Shown: one piece after another, positions 38,521 to 47,860 of the stretch | Layout: every line of letters begins with the position of its first letter | Numbering within the stretch: the first letter of the stretch is position 1 | Source: Pampinifervens diazotrophicum | GTDB taxonomy: Bacteria > Aquificota > Aquificia > Aquificales > Aquificaceae | Direction: 5' to 3' | Length of the DNA: 64,000 nt | NCBI RefSeq assembly: GCF_033971325.1 | Contig: NZ_CP117180.1 | Span: 66,041 to 130,040 of the forward strand | The notes under the pieces: generated by a model | What the model was told of the DNA's origin: nothing | The model's database searches: none | What the model saw: only the letters and a program-made list of their open reading frames with translations | Program-made: the position numbers and the translations under genes

Positions 38521-39701
38521 AGATAAAAGTAGAAAACTTAGCAAGAATAAGGTCTGCAGAAATAGAAATAAAGCCTCTAACTGTATTTCTTGGAAAAAAT
38601 AACACTAATAAGAGTTATCTATCTTATGTGGTTTATGGTGTTTATAGATATATGGCGGAAGTATTGATGGAGTTTTTAAAAGGACAAGATGCGAGAAAAT
38701 TGGATAAGATAGGTGTCAAGCATCCAGATTTAGTTAGAATACTACAAGAAAGGATAGAGAAAATGTTTAGAAGTGAAAGTTTTAGCTCATTTAAACTTGA
38801 CATAGAATTTTCAGAGGAAGAAAGTGAGATGATAAACAAGATTATAGATAATATGTTAGTCATAAGAAAACAGGAGGGAAATGATAAATCTTTATCTATG
38901 ACTTTAATTAGGAACTTTTTAGAGTTAATAAACACTTGGGTAGATGTTTTTTATTTTCCTGCAAGTAGAACTGGATTTGTCTTGGCTTTGGATGCTCTTG
39001 TAATAGGTGTTCTCAGAGAAAGGTATGAAGGGAAGTATTATGAAAAACTAACTGAGCCAGTAGTGGACTTTATCGCTGATTTTTATAGAATAAAGTCTCA
39101 ATCTGAAGACCTTAGAGGCTTGAGTAGGGAAAAGGAATTACTCAGAAAATTAAGTGATATGATAGATGGAGAAATATGGATAGATAAAAACACAAAACAA
39201 CTACTATGCCACCCAAAAGGCATTAGGGGACAGAAAAAGATAGAAATGCATCTCGTTTCTTCTTCTATTGCGGAGTTAGCTCCGATATATGTTTTCCTTG
39301 CAAACATTGAAAAACTTGAAAACCACATTTTTATAATAGAAGAGCCTGAAGCACACTTGCATGTGGAGAATCAAATCAAGATAACAGAACTAATAGTTAG
39401 CATGGTAAATTCTGGTGCTAAGGTGCTTATAACTACTCACAGTGATTATATAATCAACGCTTTAAATATATGCTTGGGAAGATATTGGGTAGGAGACTAT
39501 GAGAAAGAAAGTTTAGACCCTAATAAAATTGCGGTATATCTTTTTAAGGAAGAGGGTAGACATATAAAGGTTTTACCCATACCTATAGAAGAGCATGAAG
39601 GAATATCCTTTGAAAACTTCTATACTGCAACAGATAGACTTATGGAAGAGGAAGAAAGAATAAGAGATTTATTGAAAAGCAAAGTAAAGGCAAATGTGTA
39701 A
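38517..39701 (+). CDS. AAA_15/AAA_21-type ABC ATPase with atypical Walker A; predicted defence-system ATPase
   Basis: N-terminal IKVENLARIRSAEIEIKPLTVFLGKNNTNKS (P-loop GKNNTNKS instead of GPNGSGKS). Q-loop-like YFPASRTG. Signature-like HLVSSSIAELAPIYVFL. Walker B/D-loop HIFIIEEPEAHLH. H-loop VLITTHS. About 30% GC. Confidence 0.7.
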   Translation: MKIKVENLARIRSAEIEIKPLTVFLGKNNTNKSYLSYVVYGVYRYMAEVLMEFLKGQDARKLDKIGVKHPDLVRILQERIEKMFRSESFSSFKLDIEFSEEESEMINKIIDNMLVIRKQEGNDKSLSMTLIRNFLELINTWVDVFYFPASRTGFVLALDALVIGVLRERYEGKYYEKLTEPVVDFIADFYRIKSQSEDLRGLSREKELLRKLSDMIDGEIWIDKNTKQLLCHPKGIRGQKKIEMHLVSSSIAELAPIYVFLANIEKLENHIFIIEEPEAHLHVENQIKITELIVSMVNSGAKVLITTHSDYIINALNICLGRYWVGDYEKESLDPNKIAVYLFKEEGRHIKVLPIPIEEHEGISFENFYTATDRLMEEEERIRDLLKSKVKANV

Positions 39702-40107
39702 GAAACTTTTACCTTGCAATAAGCAAAGTGGACAAGATTGTAAAGAATGCTACAAATACTGGAAAAAAGTTCTTTCGCCCGAAGCCTCTTTCCAACCAAT
39801 TAAGGGAAAACTTTGTGATTGTATCATTCAATGTGATGGTTCTTATATAATTGTAGAGATCAAAAACTGCAAAGTTACCTCTGGAGAAGCTAAGGATGTT
39901 ATAGAGCAGTTAAAGAATTGTGAAGACGGACTTAGAGGGAAATGTGGTGCAAACTCACAATATAGTAAGGTTTTATTGTATGAAAAGTTTGATATACCTC
40001 CAGCTAAGAGTGAGCAAATTAAAAGTCTACTAAAAAAGGAACGCATAGAATACTACTCTATCAAGAACCTTAAAGGGAAGAAGATATGTCAATACAAAAA
40101 AGCGTAA
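39694..40107 (+). CDS. 137-aa Cys-rich protein with a PD-(D/E)xK-like motif; candidate effector partner of the ATPase
   Basis: Start ATG overlaps the ATPase stop by 8 nt (atgtgtaa). N-terminal C-x7-C-x2-C. Core LCDCIIQCDGSYIIVEIKNCK has D-x12-E-x-K spacing compatible with a minimal restriction-endonuclease-like fold. Low GC. Confidence 0.45.
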   Translation: MCKKLLPCNKQSGQDCKECYKYWKKVLSPEASFQPIKGKLCDCIIQCDGSYIIVEIKNCKVTSGEAKDVIEQLKNCEDGLRGKCGANSQYSKVLLYEKFDIPPAKSEQIKSLLKKERIEYYSIKNLKGKKICQYKKA

Positions 40108-40979
40108 AGCTCTCACCTTTTACCACCATAAAAGTTGGTGGTATTGCAAAATATTTTAGCCAACCTACGGATGAAGAAGAGCTAAAGCGTGTGATATTCT
40201 TTGTACAGGATAAGAGTCTTGAGGTTTTTCCTCTTGGTAGAGGAGCAAACACTATTTTTGGAGACTTTGAGGGTTTAGTCTTGAGCACTGTTAATTTTAG
40301 AGGAATTGAGGTAGAGAAAAAGGAGCAATACTTTTTAATAAGGGCTAAAGCTGGCACGCCTTTGTCTGAGCTTGTTAAATTTTCCCTTGAAGAGAACCTT
40401 GAAGGTTTTTATAGGCTTGGGGGCTTTCCAGCTACAGTGGGCGGTGCGGTTGCCATGAACGCTGGAGCTTTTGGATACGAAATAAGCCAGCATCTTGTGG
40501 AGGTGGTCTTTATAGATTGGGAGGGAAGGCTTCAGATTGCAAAGAAGGAAGACCTGCACTTTTCTTATAGAAAATCTCCCTTTCCTGAGCTTGGAATAGT
40601 GCTTATGGCTACCTTTGAAGTGCCAACTGCTAAGCACAAAGTAGAGGAGGAGTTTGAGAGAATAAGGAAGAAAAGAAAACAGACCCAGCCTATAAACATG
40701 CCAACGAGTGGCTCTACCTTTAAGAACCCTCAAGGCGAATATGCGGGAAGGCTCTTAGAGAAGGTAGGAATGAGGGGCTATAGAATGGGCAATATTGCCT
40801 TTTCTGAATTGCATGCTAACTTTCTGGTGAACTTAGGTGGTGGCACTTACCAGGAAGTTGTTAGAATAGTACAAGAGGCAAAGAGAAGGGTGTTTGAGAA
40901 TTTTGGTATAGTCTTGGAAGAGGAGGTAAAGCTCGTTGAGGGTTGTAGTGCTTATGGGCGGAAGGTCTGCGGAGCGTGA
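40086..40979 (+). CDS. murB: UDP-N-acetylenolpyruvoylglucosamine reductase
   Basis: FAD-binding N-terminal region (TIKVGG...GRGANT) and MurB C-terminal domain. Heads the murB-ddl-ftsQAZ cluster. Confidence 0.85.
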   Translation: MSIQKSVKLSPFTTIKVGGIAKYFSQPTDEEELKRVIFFVQDKSLEVFPLGRGANTIFGDFEGLVLSTVNFRGIEVEKKEQYFLIRAKAGTPLSELVKFSLEENLEGFYRLGGFPATVGGAVAMNAGAFGYEISQHLVEVVFIDWEGRLQIAKKEDLHFSYRKSPFPELGIVLMATFEVPTAKHKVEEEFERIRKKRKQTQPINMPTSGSTFKNPQGEYAGRLLEKVGMRGYRMGNIAFSELHANFLVNLGGGTYQEVVRIVQEAKRRVFENFGIVLEEEVKLVEGCSAYGRKVCGA

Positions 40980-41805
40980 AATATCTCTCAAAAGTGGTCA
41001 GGCGGTATTAAGGGCACTCCAAGAGCTCGGACACGAAGCCATAGCCTTAGACCTAACAGAAGACCTTTGCGAAAAGCTGAGAGAAATAAAGCCTGATAAG
41101 GTATTTATAGCTCTTCATGGTCCTTATGGAGAGGACGGAAGGGTGCAAGGGATTCTTGACATGCTTGGAATTCCTTATGTGGGTTCTGGTGTTCTTGGAA
41201 GCAGTATAGCCATGGATAAGGATATAACAAAAAAGGTCCTTTCCTTTCATGGTATAAAAGTGCCTAAGTGGGTATGCATAAGAGATGAAAAGGAGGAGCT
41301 AAGCTGGGACACTTATCCTGCGGTTGTAAAACCTGCGGACCAGGGTTCAAGCGTCGGTCTCTTCGTAGTATGTGGTGAAGAGGAAGCAGAGGAAGCCATA
41401 AAAAAATGCTTTGAAATCTCAAAAAAGGTTATGGTAGAAGAATACATTGAAGGTAGGGACATTACGGTGGGAATCTTAAAAGGAAAGCCACTTCCACCTA
41501 TAGAGATAAAGCCCAAGAAGGGAATTTATGACTACGAAAGTAAGTATACAAAAGGTATGACGGAATATGTCTTTTTAGAAGACAAAGAACTTGTTGAAAA
41601 ACTCCAAGAAATTGCATTTCTCACTCATAAGTTTCTCGAACTCAAAGACCTTTCAAGAGTAGACTTTAGAGTAGACAAGGATGGGACTCCATACCTCTTA
41701 GAGGTTAACACTATACCTGGCTTGACGGAATTGAGCCTTTTTCCCATGGCTTGTAGAAAGATAGGACTTGATTTTAAGGAAATGATAGATATGTTATTAT
41801 TTTAA
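40936..41805 (+). CDS. ddl: D-alanine--D-alanine ligase
   Basis: VLMGGRSAEREISLKSG N-terminus and ATP-grasp motifs. Confidence 0.9.
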   Translation: MRVVVLMGGRSAEREISLKSGQAVLRALQELGHEAIALDLTEDLCEKLREIKPDKVFIALHGPYGEDGRVQGILDMLGIPYVGSGVLGSSIAMDKDITKKVLSFHGIKVPKWVCIRDEKEELSWDTYPAVVKPADQGSSVGLFVVCGEEEAEEAIKKCFEISKKVMVEEYIEGRDITVGILKGKPLPPIEIKPKKGIYDYESKYTKGMTEYVFLEDKELVEKLQEIAFLTHKFLELKDLSRVDFRVDKDGTPYLLEVNTIPGLTELSLFPMACRKIGLDFKEMIDMLLF

Positions 41806-41807
41806 CC

Positions 41808-42527
41808 ATGCAAAAGGTTGGGAGACGGGGAAAATGGCTCAATTATATTCTTTCCGCTCTATGGATTTTTTCAATGGCTCTTTCTGGGTTCTTTTTCCCT
41901 TATTTCACCGACAAGATAGACTTTTTCAAAATAAAGGCTCTACACATAGAGGGTCTAGAAACCATTCCATCTGAAGTTGTGGTTAATGAAATTAAAAGGT
42001 TTAAAAATAATTGGTTATTCATTAACAACACAAATCTATTAAAAAACCTTAATAGTGTAACCGGAAATGCAATTGGTAGAGTGAAAATAGACAGAATTTT
42101 TAGCAACGGAGGAGTGACATTAAAAGTATCTATCGAGGAAAGGAAGCCAATCTTCACAGTAATTAAGGATGATGCAGTATACTTCTTTGACAAAGATGGG
42201 ATTATATTCCAATCACAATATATGAAATTTGTCAAACCTCTGGTATATACACATGATATTGAACTTGTAAGGAGAAACTTTAATAAATTAACTATGCTAA
42301 TTAATTCACTGGGGAAAGGCTTGGGAGAAATCTACGTAACAAATCTTAATACGGTGGTTTACACTGGAGAGGGCATAAAGATAACTATGCCTCCCATATT
42401 TCTTTTGAACGAGCAGGTTGTGGAAAATGTGATCAATACCTTTAAAGTTTATAATATTGATATGAACACAAAAGAGTTAGATTTAAACATAGAGGGTTTA
42501 GTAATAATAAGAGAGGTGAAAAGGTAA
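41808..42527 (+). CDS. ftsQ: Cell division protein FtsQ/DivIB (POTRA domain)
   Basis: N-terminal TM then POTRA (IKALHIEGLETIPSEVV). Sits between ddl and ftsA. Confidence 0.7.
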   Translation: MQKVGRRGKWLNYILSALWIFSMALSGFFFPYFTDKIDFFKIKALHIEGLETIPSEVVVNEIKRFKNNWLFINNTNLLKNLNSVTGNAIGRVKIDRIFSNGGVTLKVSIEERKPIFTVIKDDAVYFFDKDGIIFQSQYMKFVKPLVYTHDIELVRRNFNKLTMLINSLGKGLGEIYVTNLNTVVYTGEGIKITMPPIFLLNEQVVENVINTFKVYNIDMNTKELDLNIEGLVIIREVKR

Positions 42528-42528
42528 G

Positions 42529-43782
42529 ATGAAGCTCATAACAGCCCTTGACATAGGAACCAGTAAAGTAGTAGCCCTCGTGGGCGAGATGGATAGCTAC
42601 GGAGATGTTCATATTATTGGCATAGGGGAGAGTCCCTCAAAGGGCATAGACAGGGGATATGTTACGAGGCTTGACCTTGCTGTAAACTCTGTCCTTAGTG
42701 CAGTTAAAGAAGCTCAAGAAATGGCTGGTGTAAAGCTCTCAAAAGTTGTGCTGGGTATTTCTGGTCCGACTCTGAAAAGCCAAAACGAGAAGGATACGGT
42801 AAGCATATCCTCTCAGTCCGTAGAGATAGACTATACGCACATAGAAAGGTTGATAGAGAGAGCAATAATGCGTTCAAGGGAGGAGGGCTATGAGATAATT
42901 AGTGCTATACCAAGAAGGTTTGTTTTGGACGAGCAAGAGGGCGTTATAGACCCAGTGGGACTTCTTGGTTCAAAAATTTCCGCAGAAGTGCATGTGGTGA
43001 AGATAGGGACAAGTCTTTTGAAAAATACAGAAAAGGTAGTAACGAATGCTGGCATGGAAATAGTGGGTAGATTTTTGTCTCCTCTTGCTTCAGCGGAAGC
43101 GGTGCTTAGCCACGAAGAGAAAGAGGAGGGGGTGCTTATGATGGATATGGGTGCAGGGCTTACCAATTTTGTGGTTTTTTCTGAGGGTTCTATACTTGTT
43201 ACTGGCTGCATTCCTATGGGCGGTGTTAATATAACAAAGGACATTGCACATTTTATGAAGATAAATATAGAACAGGCTGAAAGAATAAAGATAGAAAATG
43301 GTTATGCCTTAGCGGATGCAGTAAACGAGACAGAAAGGATAAAGATAAAGCCCAGGGGTGAAGAAAAGGAAGTTACGGTAAGTAGAAGACAACTCGCTGA
43401 GGTTATACAAATAAGACTTGAAGAGATTATGGAAAAGGTGGCGGATTATCTGAACGCTCAGGGAGTAAACTTAGACTCACTTCATGCGGGCGTAGTTATA
43501 ACAGGTGGTTCTGCAAAGTTGGCAGGCATGCGAGAATTTCTTGAGAGATACTTTGACCTTCCTGTAAGGATAGGCTATCCTATGGGTGTAATAGGTCTAA
43601 AGGAAAAGGTGCAAGACCCAGCTTATGCGGTAGCGGTGGGGCTTGTTAAGTTGGCTCACAGGGAGTTTGCTCTTGAAAAGAGAGGAACATTGCAGAAGGG
43701 ACAGGAGAAAACCACAGAGAATAACTTTAACCTTTCAAGCCTTATAACAAGGTTCAAAGCCTTTTTTAAGGATATAATGTGA
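42529..43782 (+). CDS. ftsA: Cell division protein FtsA
   Basis: Actin-like ATPase motifs (ALDIGTSKV, DMGAGLTNF, ITGGSAKLAG). Confidence 0.9.
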   Translation: MKLITALDIGTSKVVALVGEMDSYGDVHIIGIGESPSKGIDRGYVTRLDLAVNSVLSAVKEAQEMAGVKLSKVVLGISGPTLKSQNEKDTVSISSQSVEIDYTHIERLIERAIMRSREEGYEIISAIPRRFVLDEQEGVIDPVGLLGSKISAEVHVVKIGTSLLKNTEKVVTNAGMEIVGRFLSPLASAEAVLSHEEKEEGVLMMDMGAGLTNFVVFSEGSILVTGCIPMGGVNITKDIAHFMKINIEQAERIKIENGYALADAVNETERIKIKPRGEEKEVTVSRRQLAEVIQIRLEEIMEKVADYLNAQGVNLDSLHAGVVITGGSAKLAGMREFLERYFDLPVRIGYPMGVIGLKEKVQDPAYAVAVGLVKLAHREFALEKRGTLQKGQEKTTENNFNLSSLITRFKAFFKDIM

Positions 43783-43798
43783 ACTAAGGAGGAGATGA

Positions 43799-44884
43799 AT
43801 GGAGACGTTAAATCCTACCAGAATAAAGGTCTTTGGAGTCGGGGGTGGTGGCTCCAATGCGGTAAACAGGATGTATCTTGAGGGTATAGAGGGTGTGGAC
43901 CTTTTTGTGATAAACACAGATGTCCAACATCTCGCTTCTCTTGCAGTTCCCAACAAAATACAGATAGGGGAAAAGGTCACAAAAGGTCTGGGTGCTGGTG
44001 CAAAGCCAGAGATAGGAGAGCAGGCAGCACTTGAAGATGCGGATAAGATAAGAGAGATCCTAAGAAACACGGACATGCTCTTTATAGCCAGTGGTCTTGG
44101 TGGAGGAACGGGGACAGGTGCCGCGCCCATAATTGCAGAGATCGCCAAGGACATGGGTATACTCACGGTGGCAGTGGTTACAAAACCCTTTAACTTTGAA
44201 GGACCAAAGAGGATGCAGGTAGCCAATGAAGGTTTGGAAAAGCTTAGGGATGTGGTGGATACCTACATAGTGGTGAACAATCAAAAACTGGTAGAGATGG
44301 CGGATAGAAACTTTAGCATAAGGGATGCCTTTAAGATGGTGGATGATGTGCTCTCTAAGGCGGTAATGGGTATAACCAGCATAGTGGTTACTCCAGCTCT
44401 TATAAATGTGGACTTTGCGGATGTGAAAACGGTTATGGAAAAGGGTGGTCTGGCTCTTATAGGTATGGGTGAAGGCAAAGGAGACGGAAGGAGAGACTAC
44501 GCAGTAGAGCAAGCCATAAGCAGTCCTCTGCTCGAAGGAAACAGCATACAGGGGGCGAGGAGACTTCTTGTAACCCTTTGGGTAAGTGAAGATGTACCTT
44601 TCAGAGAGGTAGAAGAAACTATAGGCAAGATAAGAGAGACCGCTCATGAGGATGCTCTAATAATCTTTGGTGCTATGCTTGAAAACAGCAAGGAGAACTT
44701 TATGAGGGTGGCTGTGGTTGCCACAGATTTTGAAAACGCCCAAAGCCTTGGACAGCTCAAGGTGGTAAAAAAACCTGAGTTCAAAGAACCTATAAAGAAG
44801 GCAGTCTCAGAAACCACAATAGAACCCGTCCAGCCAGAAATTGAGGAAATACCAGCCTACCTTAGGAGAAAGAAGAAAATATAA
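43799..44884 (+). CDS. ftsZ: Cell division GTPase FtsZ
   Basis: Tubulin signature GGGTGTGAAP and the T7 loop NVDFADV. Confidence 0.95.
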   Translation: METLNPTRIKVFGVGGGGSNAVNRMYLEGIEGVDLFVINTDVQHLASLAVPNKIQIGEKVTKGLGAGAKPEIGEQAALEDADKIREILRNTDMLFIASGLGGGTGTGAAPIIAEIAKDMGILTVAVVTKPFNFEGPKRMQVANEGLEKLRDVVDTYIVVNNQKLVEMADRNFSIRDAFKMVDDVLSKAVMGITSIVVTPALINVDFADVKTVMEKGGLALIGMGEGKGDGRRDYAVEQAISSPLLEGNSIQGARRLLVTLWVSEDVPFREVEETIGKIRETAHEDALIIFGAMLENSKENFMRVAVVATDFENAQSLGQLKVVKKPEFKEPIKKAVSETTIEPVQPEIEEIPAYLRRKKKI

Positions 44885-44886
44885 GC

Positions 44887-45159
44887 ATGCAAAGAGTAGA
44901 CACAAAGGGCGATAAGTCCATCGCCTTTATCCTTGGGCTTGTTTACGGATACAGAAACGCACAGTTTGAACTAAAGGTTTTTGATATCAAAGAGTTTTGC
45001 AAAGAAGATCACGCTAAGGATAAGGTTTATTACATAAACAGAAAAAAGGGAGAGGTCTATGAATACTACACGGAGGATACTACGCATATATGTGTTTTAA
45101 AAGAGGATAAAGTTAACGGTAAAGTTGTGCTTTTTGTATACAAAAATAAAGTGAAATAA
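44887..45159 (+). CDS. Hypothetical small protein (90 aa) immediately after ftsZ
   Basis: Intact ORF, no recognisable motif. Confidence 0.4.
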   Translation: MQRVDTKGDKSIAFILGLVYGYRNAQFELKVFDIKEFCKEDHAKDKVYYINRKKGEVYEYYTEDTTHICVLKEDKVNGKVVLFVYKNKVK

Positions 45160-45200
45160 AAGTCTTGAATTAAAATATTCTCAAGCCTATAATACCAAAC

Positions 45201-46382
45201 ATGCTTTTAATGATATTCACTCTCCTTATTATTTCCTTATCCAGAGCGGGAGAGCTTGAAGAACTTATAAAACATGCCCTTGAGGATTCACCAATACTAA
45301 AAACTTATAAACATATGAAAAGGTCTTCAGAATACAGAGAAGTATACTCAAAGAGCCTTCCAAACCCGTCTATTTCTCTTGGCTTTAACAACATCCCTAT
45401 AAATAGACCCTATCCAAGCAAGTATGAGCCCATGAGTAGTTTTTCTATAGGAATAAGCCAGATGTATATACTTCCTGTAAAAAGGGAGAGAGAATCTTTT
45501 ACTGCAAGGATGGAGGGTGAGGTTTTCAAACTTCAGGAGGAGCTGGCGAGAAGAGAGCTTATAAGGGATATAAAGTTGAAATACCTTGAATGGCTATACG
45601 CAAAAAAGAAAGAAGACCTTTTAAGGAACATACTTTCTGAGATAAGGTCTATTGAAAAACTTACTGAGGAAAACTACAAGCTCGGCAGGGCGAGCCTCTC
45701 TGACCTTCTTTCTCTAAAGGCGGAAGCTCTCAGAGTTGAAAGGGAAATAAAAAATCTGATGGAAGAAAGGAGGCTTATAAAAACGGAAATTGATAGCCTT
45801 GTGGGGAAAAATATAGAGCTTAGAGGCGAAGAACCTAAGATTGAAGAGATTGACCTGAAAGAAATTGATGAAGATAAAAGCCCTTACCTAAGAGTAATAT
45901 GGGCTGAGATGGAAAGGCTTAAGGCTGAGGTGGAAAGGAGGAAGGTGGAATATTTGCCAGACTTAGAGCTTATGGCGGAATACATGATAAGACCGAGGCT
46001 TGACAATATGTTCAGTCTCAAGGCGAGCGTGAGCCTTCCTCTTAGAAGGTCTCGAAGGGAGAACCTTATGGTGCTTGAGAAGTTAGAAGACCTCAAGGCA
46101 AAGGAGCAAGAGCTGGGGAAGGTAAGACTTCAAGTCAAAAGGGATATAAACTCGCTAAGGATTGAGGAAGAAAGGATAAGGGAGTTGCAATCCTTAACAG
46201 AAGAGTTAAGGAGAGAAAAGGAAAGAGAACTCAAAGCCCTTCAGATTTCCTATTCCTTTGGAAAGGCGGACTTTAGGGACATACTCAGGCTCTACAGAGA
46301 ACTGTGGGAGCTTAGGATGAACCTTATTGAGCTTGAACTTTCTAAAAAAAGTCTATACATAAGGGCGGAGGTTTACCGATGA
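45201..46382 (+). CDS. Outer membrane efflux protein (TolC/CusC-like OMF)
   Basis: Signal peptide and the two repeated coiled-coil halves typical of OMF proteins. First gene of the metal efflux cluster. Confidence 0.72.
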   Translation: MLLMIFTLLIISLSRAGELEELIKHALEDSPILKTYKHMKRSSEYREVYSKSLPNPSISLGFNNIPINRPYPSKYEPMSSFSIGISQMYILPVKRERESFTARMEGEVFKLQEELARRELIRDIKLKYLEWLYAKKKEDLLRNILSEIRSIEKLTEENYKLGRASLSDLLSLKAEALRVEREIKNLMEERRLIKTEIDSLVGKNIELRGEEPKIEEIDLKEIDEDKSPYLRVIWAEMERLKAEVERRKVEYLPDLELMAEYMIRPRLDNMFSLKASVSLPLRRSRRENLMVLEKLEDLKAKEQELGKVRLQVKRDINSLRIEEERIRELQSLTEELRREKERELKALQISYSFGKADFRDILRLYRELWELRMNLIELELSKKSLYIRAEVYR

Positions 46383-47737
46383 AGAAGGCACTTTTACTTA
46401 TATTTTTTGTGAGCTTCTTGATAATACCCATTTTTCTATATCTAAAGAAAAGCTCTGGAGACCACAGACATGAAGTAAATGTGGCTTTGCTTAGCCTTGA
46501 GTCAGAGGGGATAAGGCTTACGCTTTATTCAAAGGATGGCACTCTCAGAGTAGGCAAGAACCACCTAACCCTTGAGGTCAGTCCAGAGGGGAAACTCCAG
46601 AGCCTTTATTTTTATATGCCACCCATGCCTGGAATGGGTGAGATGAGGGAGGATGCTATTCTTAAGGAGGTTGGAAAGGGAAGGTATGAGGGCACTGTAA
46701 ACATAAGCATGGCTGGTTCATGGCAGATAGTCGCTCAAGTTGAGGGAAGGCTTCTAAAGAAGGAAGTTTCCATACCTCTTTATGGAGGAGAAGGAAGTGG
46801 AACTTCTGCTGAGGATGGCATAAGGATAAGCCCAGAAAAACTTCAGCTGATTGGAGTGCAAACAGAGGAAGTGAGAAAGGTTGACCTTATGGAGAGCTTT
46901 AGCACCATTGGGTATGTGTCCTACGACCTTTCAAGGACTTATGAGATTACTCTTAGGTCTGACGCATGGGTCTTAGATACCTTTGGAAGGTTTGAGGGAG
47001 AGCTTATAGGAGTAGGCACACCTCTCATGAAGGTCTTGAGTCCAGAGGTAGAGATAGCAAGGGAGGAGCTAAAGCTTGCAAAGGAGATGGGAAAGGGTGA
47101 GCTTGAAGGGATTGTAAAGGAAAGGCTTTCTTACCTAAAGGCAGGTGAAGTGATAACCTCTCCTCACTCTGGAGTAATCATAGAAAGAAAGGTTTCACCT
47201 GGAGGGTTTGTAAAGGCTGGTGATACCGCATACCTAATAGCGGATATATCAAAGGTATGGGTAATTGCGGAAGTGCCTCAACAATACGCAGGAAGCGTAA
47301 AGAGAGGTATGAGGGTTATACTAAGCCCTGTGGGAAGCAATGAAACCTTCTATGGTAGGGTGGAATACATCTTTCCGGAGGCGGATAAGGAAGCAAGAAC
47401 GCTGAAGGTTAGAATAGACCTTCCAAGAAGAGACTTGAAGATAAATCAACTTCTTGAAGTTTACTTTGAAAAGCCCTTAGGAAACATTCTTGCAGTGCCA
47501 GAAAGTGCTGTGGTGGATACGGGAAGAAGGCAGGTGGTCTTTGTGGAAAAGGAGCCAGGGCTCTACGAGCCAAGAAGGGTAAGGCTTGGAAAGAAAGCGG
47601 AAGGCTACTATGAGGTGCTTGAGGGTCTTAAAGAAGGTGAGAAGGTGGTGGTCAAGGGAACCTTTCTTTTAGACTCAGAAGCACAACTAAGGGGCTTTTA
47701 CGGACAGGAGGTAAGAGGTCATGAACACCATCATTGA
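46379..47737 (+). CDS. Heavy-metal efflux membrane fusion protein (CusB/CzcB-like) with Met-rich and His-rich segments
   Basis: MFP architecture. N-terminal YFYMPPMPGMGEM Met-rich motif. C-terminal HEHHH. Confidence 0.8.
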   Translation: MKKALLLIFFVSFLIIPIFLYLKKSSGDHRHEVNVALLSLESEGIRLTLYSKDGTLRVGKNHLTLEVSPEGKLQSLYFYMPPMPGMGEMREDAILKEVGKGRYEGTVNISMAGSWQIVAQVEGRLLKKEVSIPLYGGEGSGTSAEDGIRISPEKLQLIGVQTEEVRKVDLMESFSTIGYVSYDLSRTYEITLRSDAWVLDTFGRFEGELIGVGTPLMKVLSPEVEIAREELKLAKEMGKGELEGIVKERLSYLKAGEVITSPHSGVIIERKVSPGGFVKAGDTAYLIADISKVWVIAEVPQQYAGSVKRGMRVILSPVGSNETFYGRVEYIFPEADKEARTLKVRIDLPRRDLKINQLLEVYFEKPLGNILAVPESAVVDTGRRQVVFVEKEPGLYEPRRVRLGKKAEGYYEVLEGLKEGEKVVVKGTFLLDSEAQLRGFYGQEVRGHEHHH

Positions 47738-47846
47738 GCTACTTTTTACCCATAAACCTACCATAGAGGAGGAGAAGGTATATCATCAAAAGGGTCACGA
47801 AAAAAAGCCCAAGAAAATACAGAAAAACATCCATAAGAAAAATTAT

Positions 47847-47854
47847 AAGGAGGT
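47847..47854 (+). promoter_or_regulatory. Shine-Dalgarno AAGGAGGT 6 nt upstream of the DUF411 gene start
   Basis: Perfect anti-SD complement read directly from the sequence. Confidence 0.6.
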
Positions 47855-47860
47855 TCTGCC

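Noticed and set aside
43735-44647. Two minus-strand ORFs of 163 and 195 aa inside ftsZ
   Set aside because: They are antisense to ftsZ, one of the most conserved genes here. His/Cys-rich nonsense composition.
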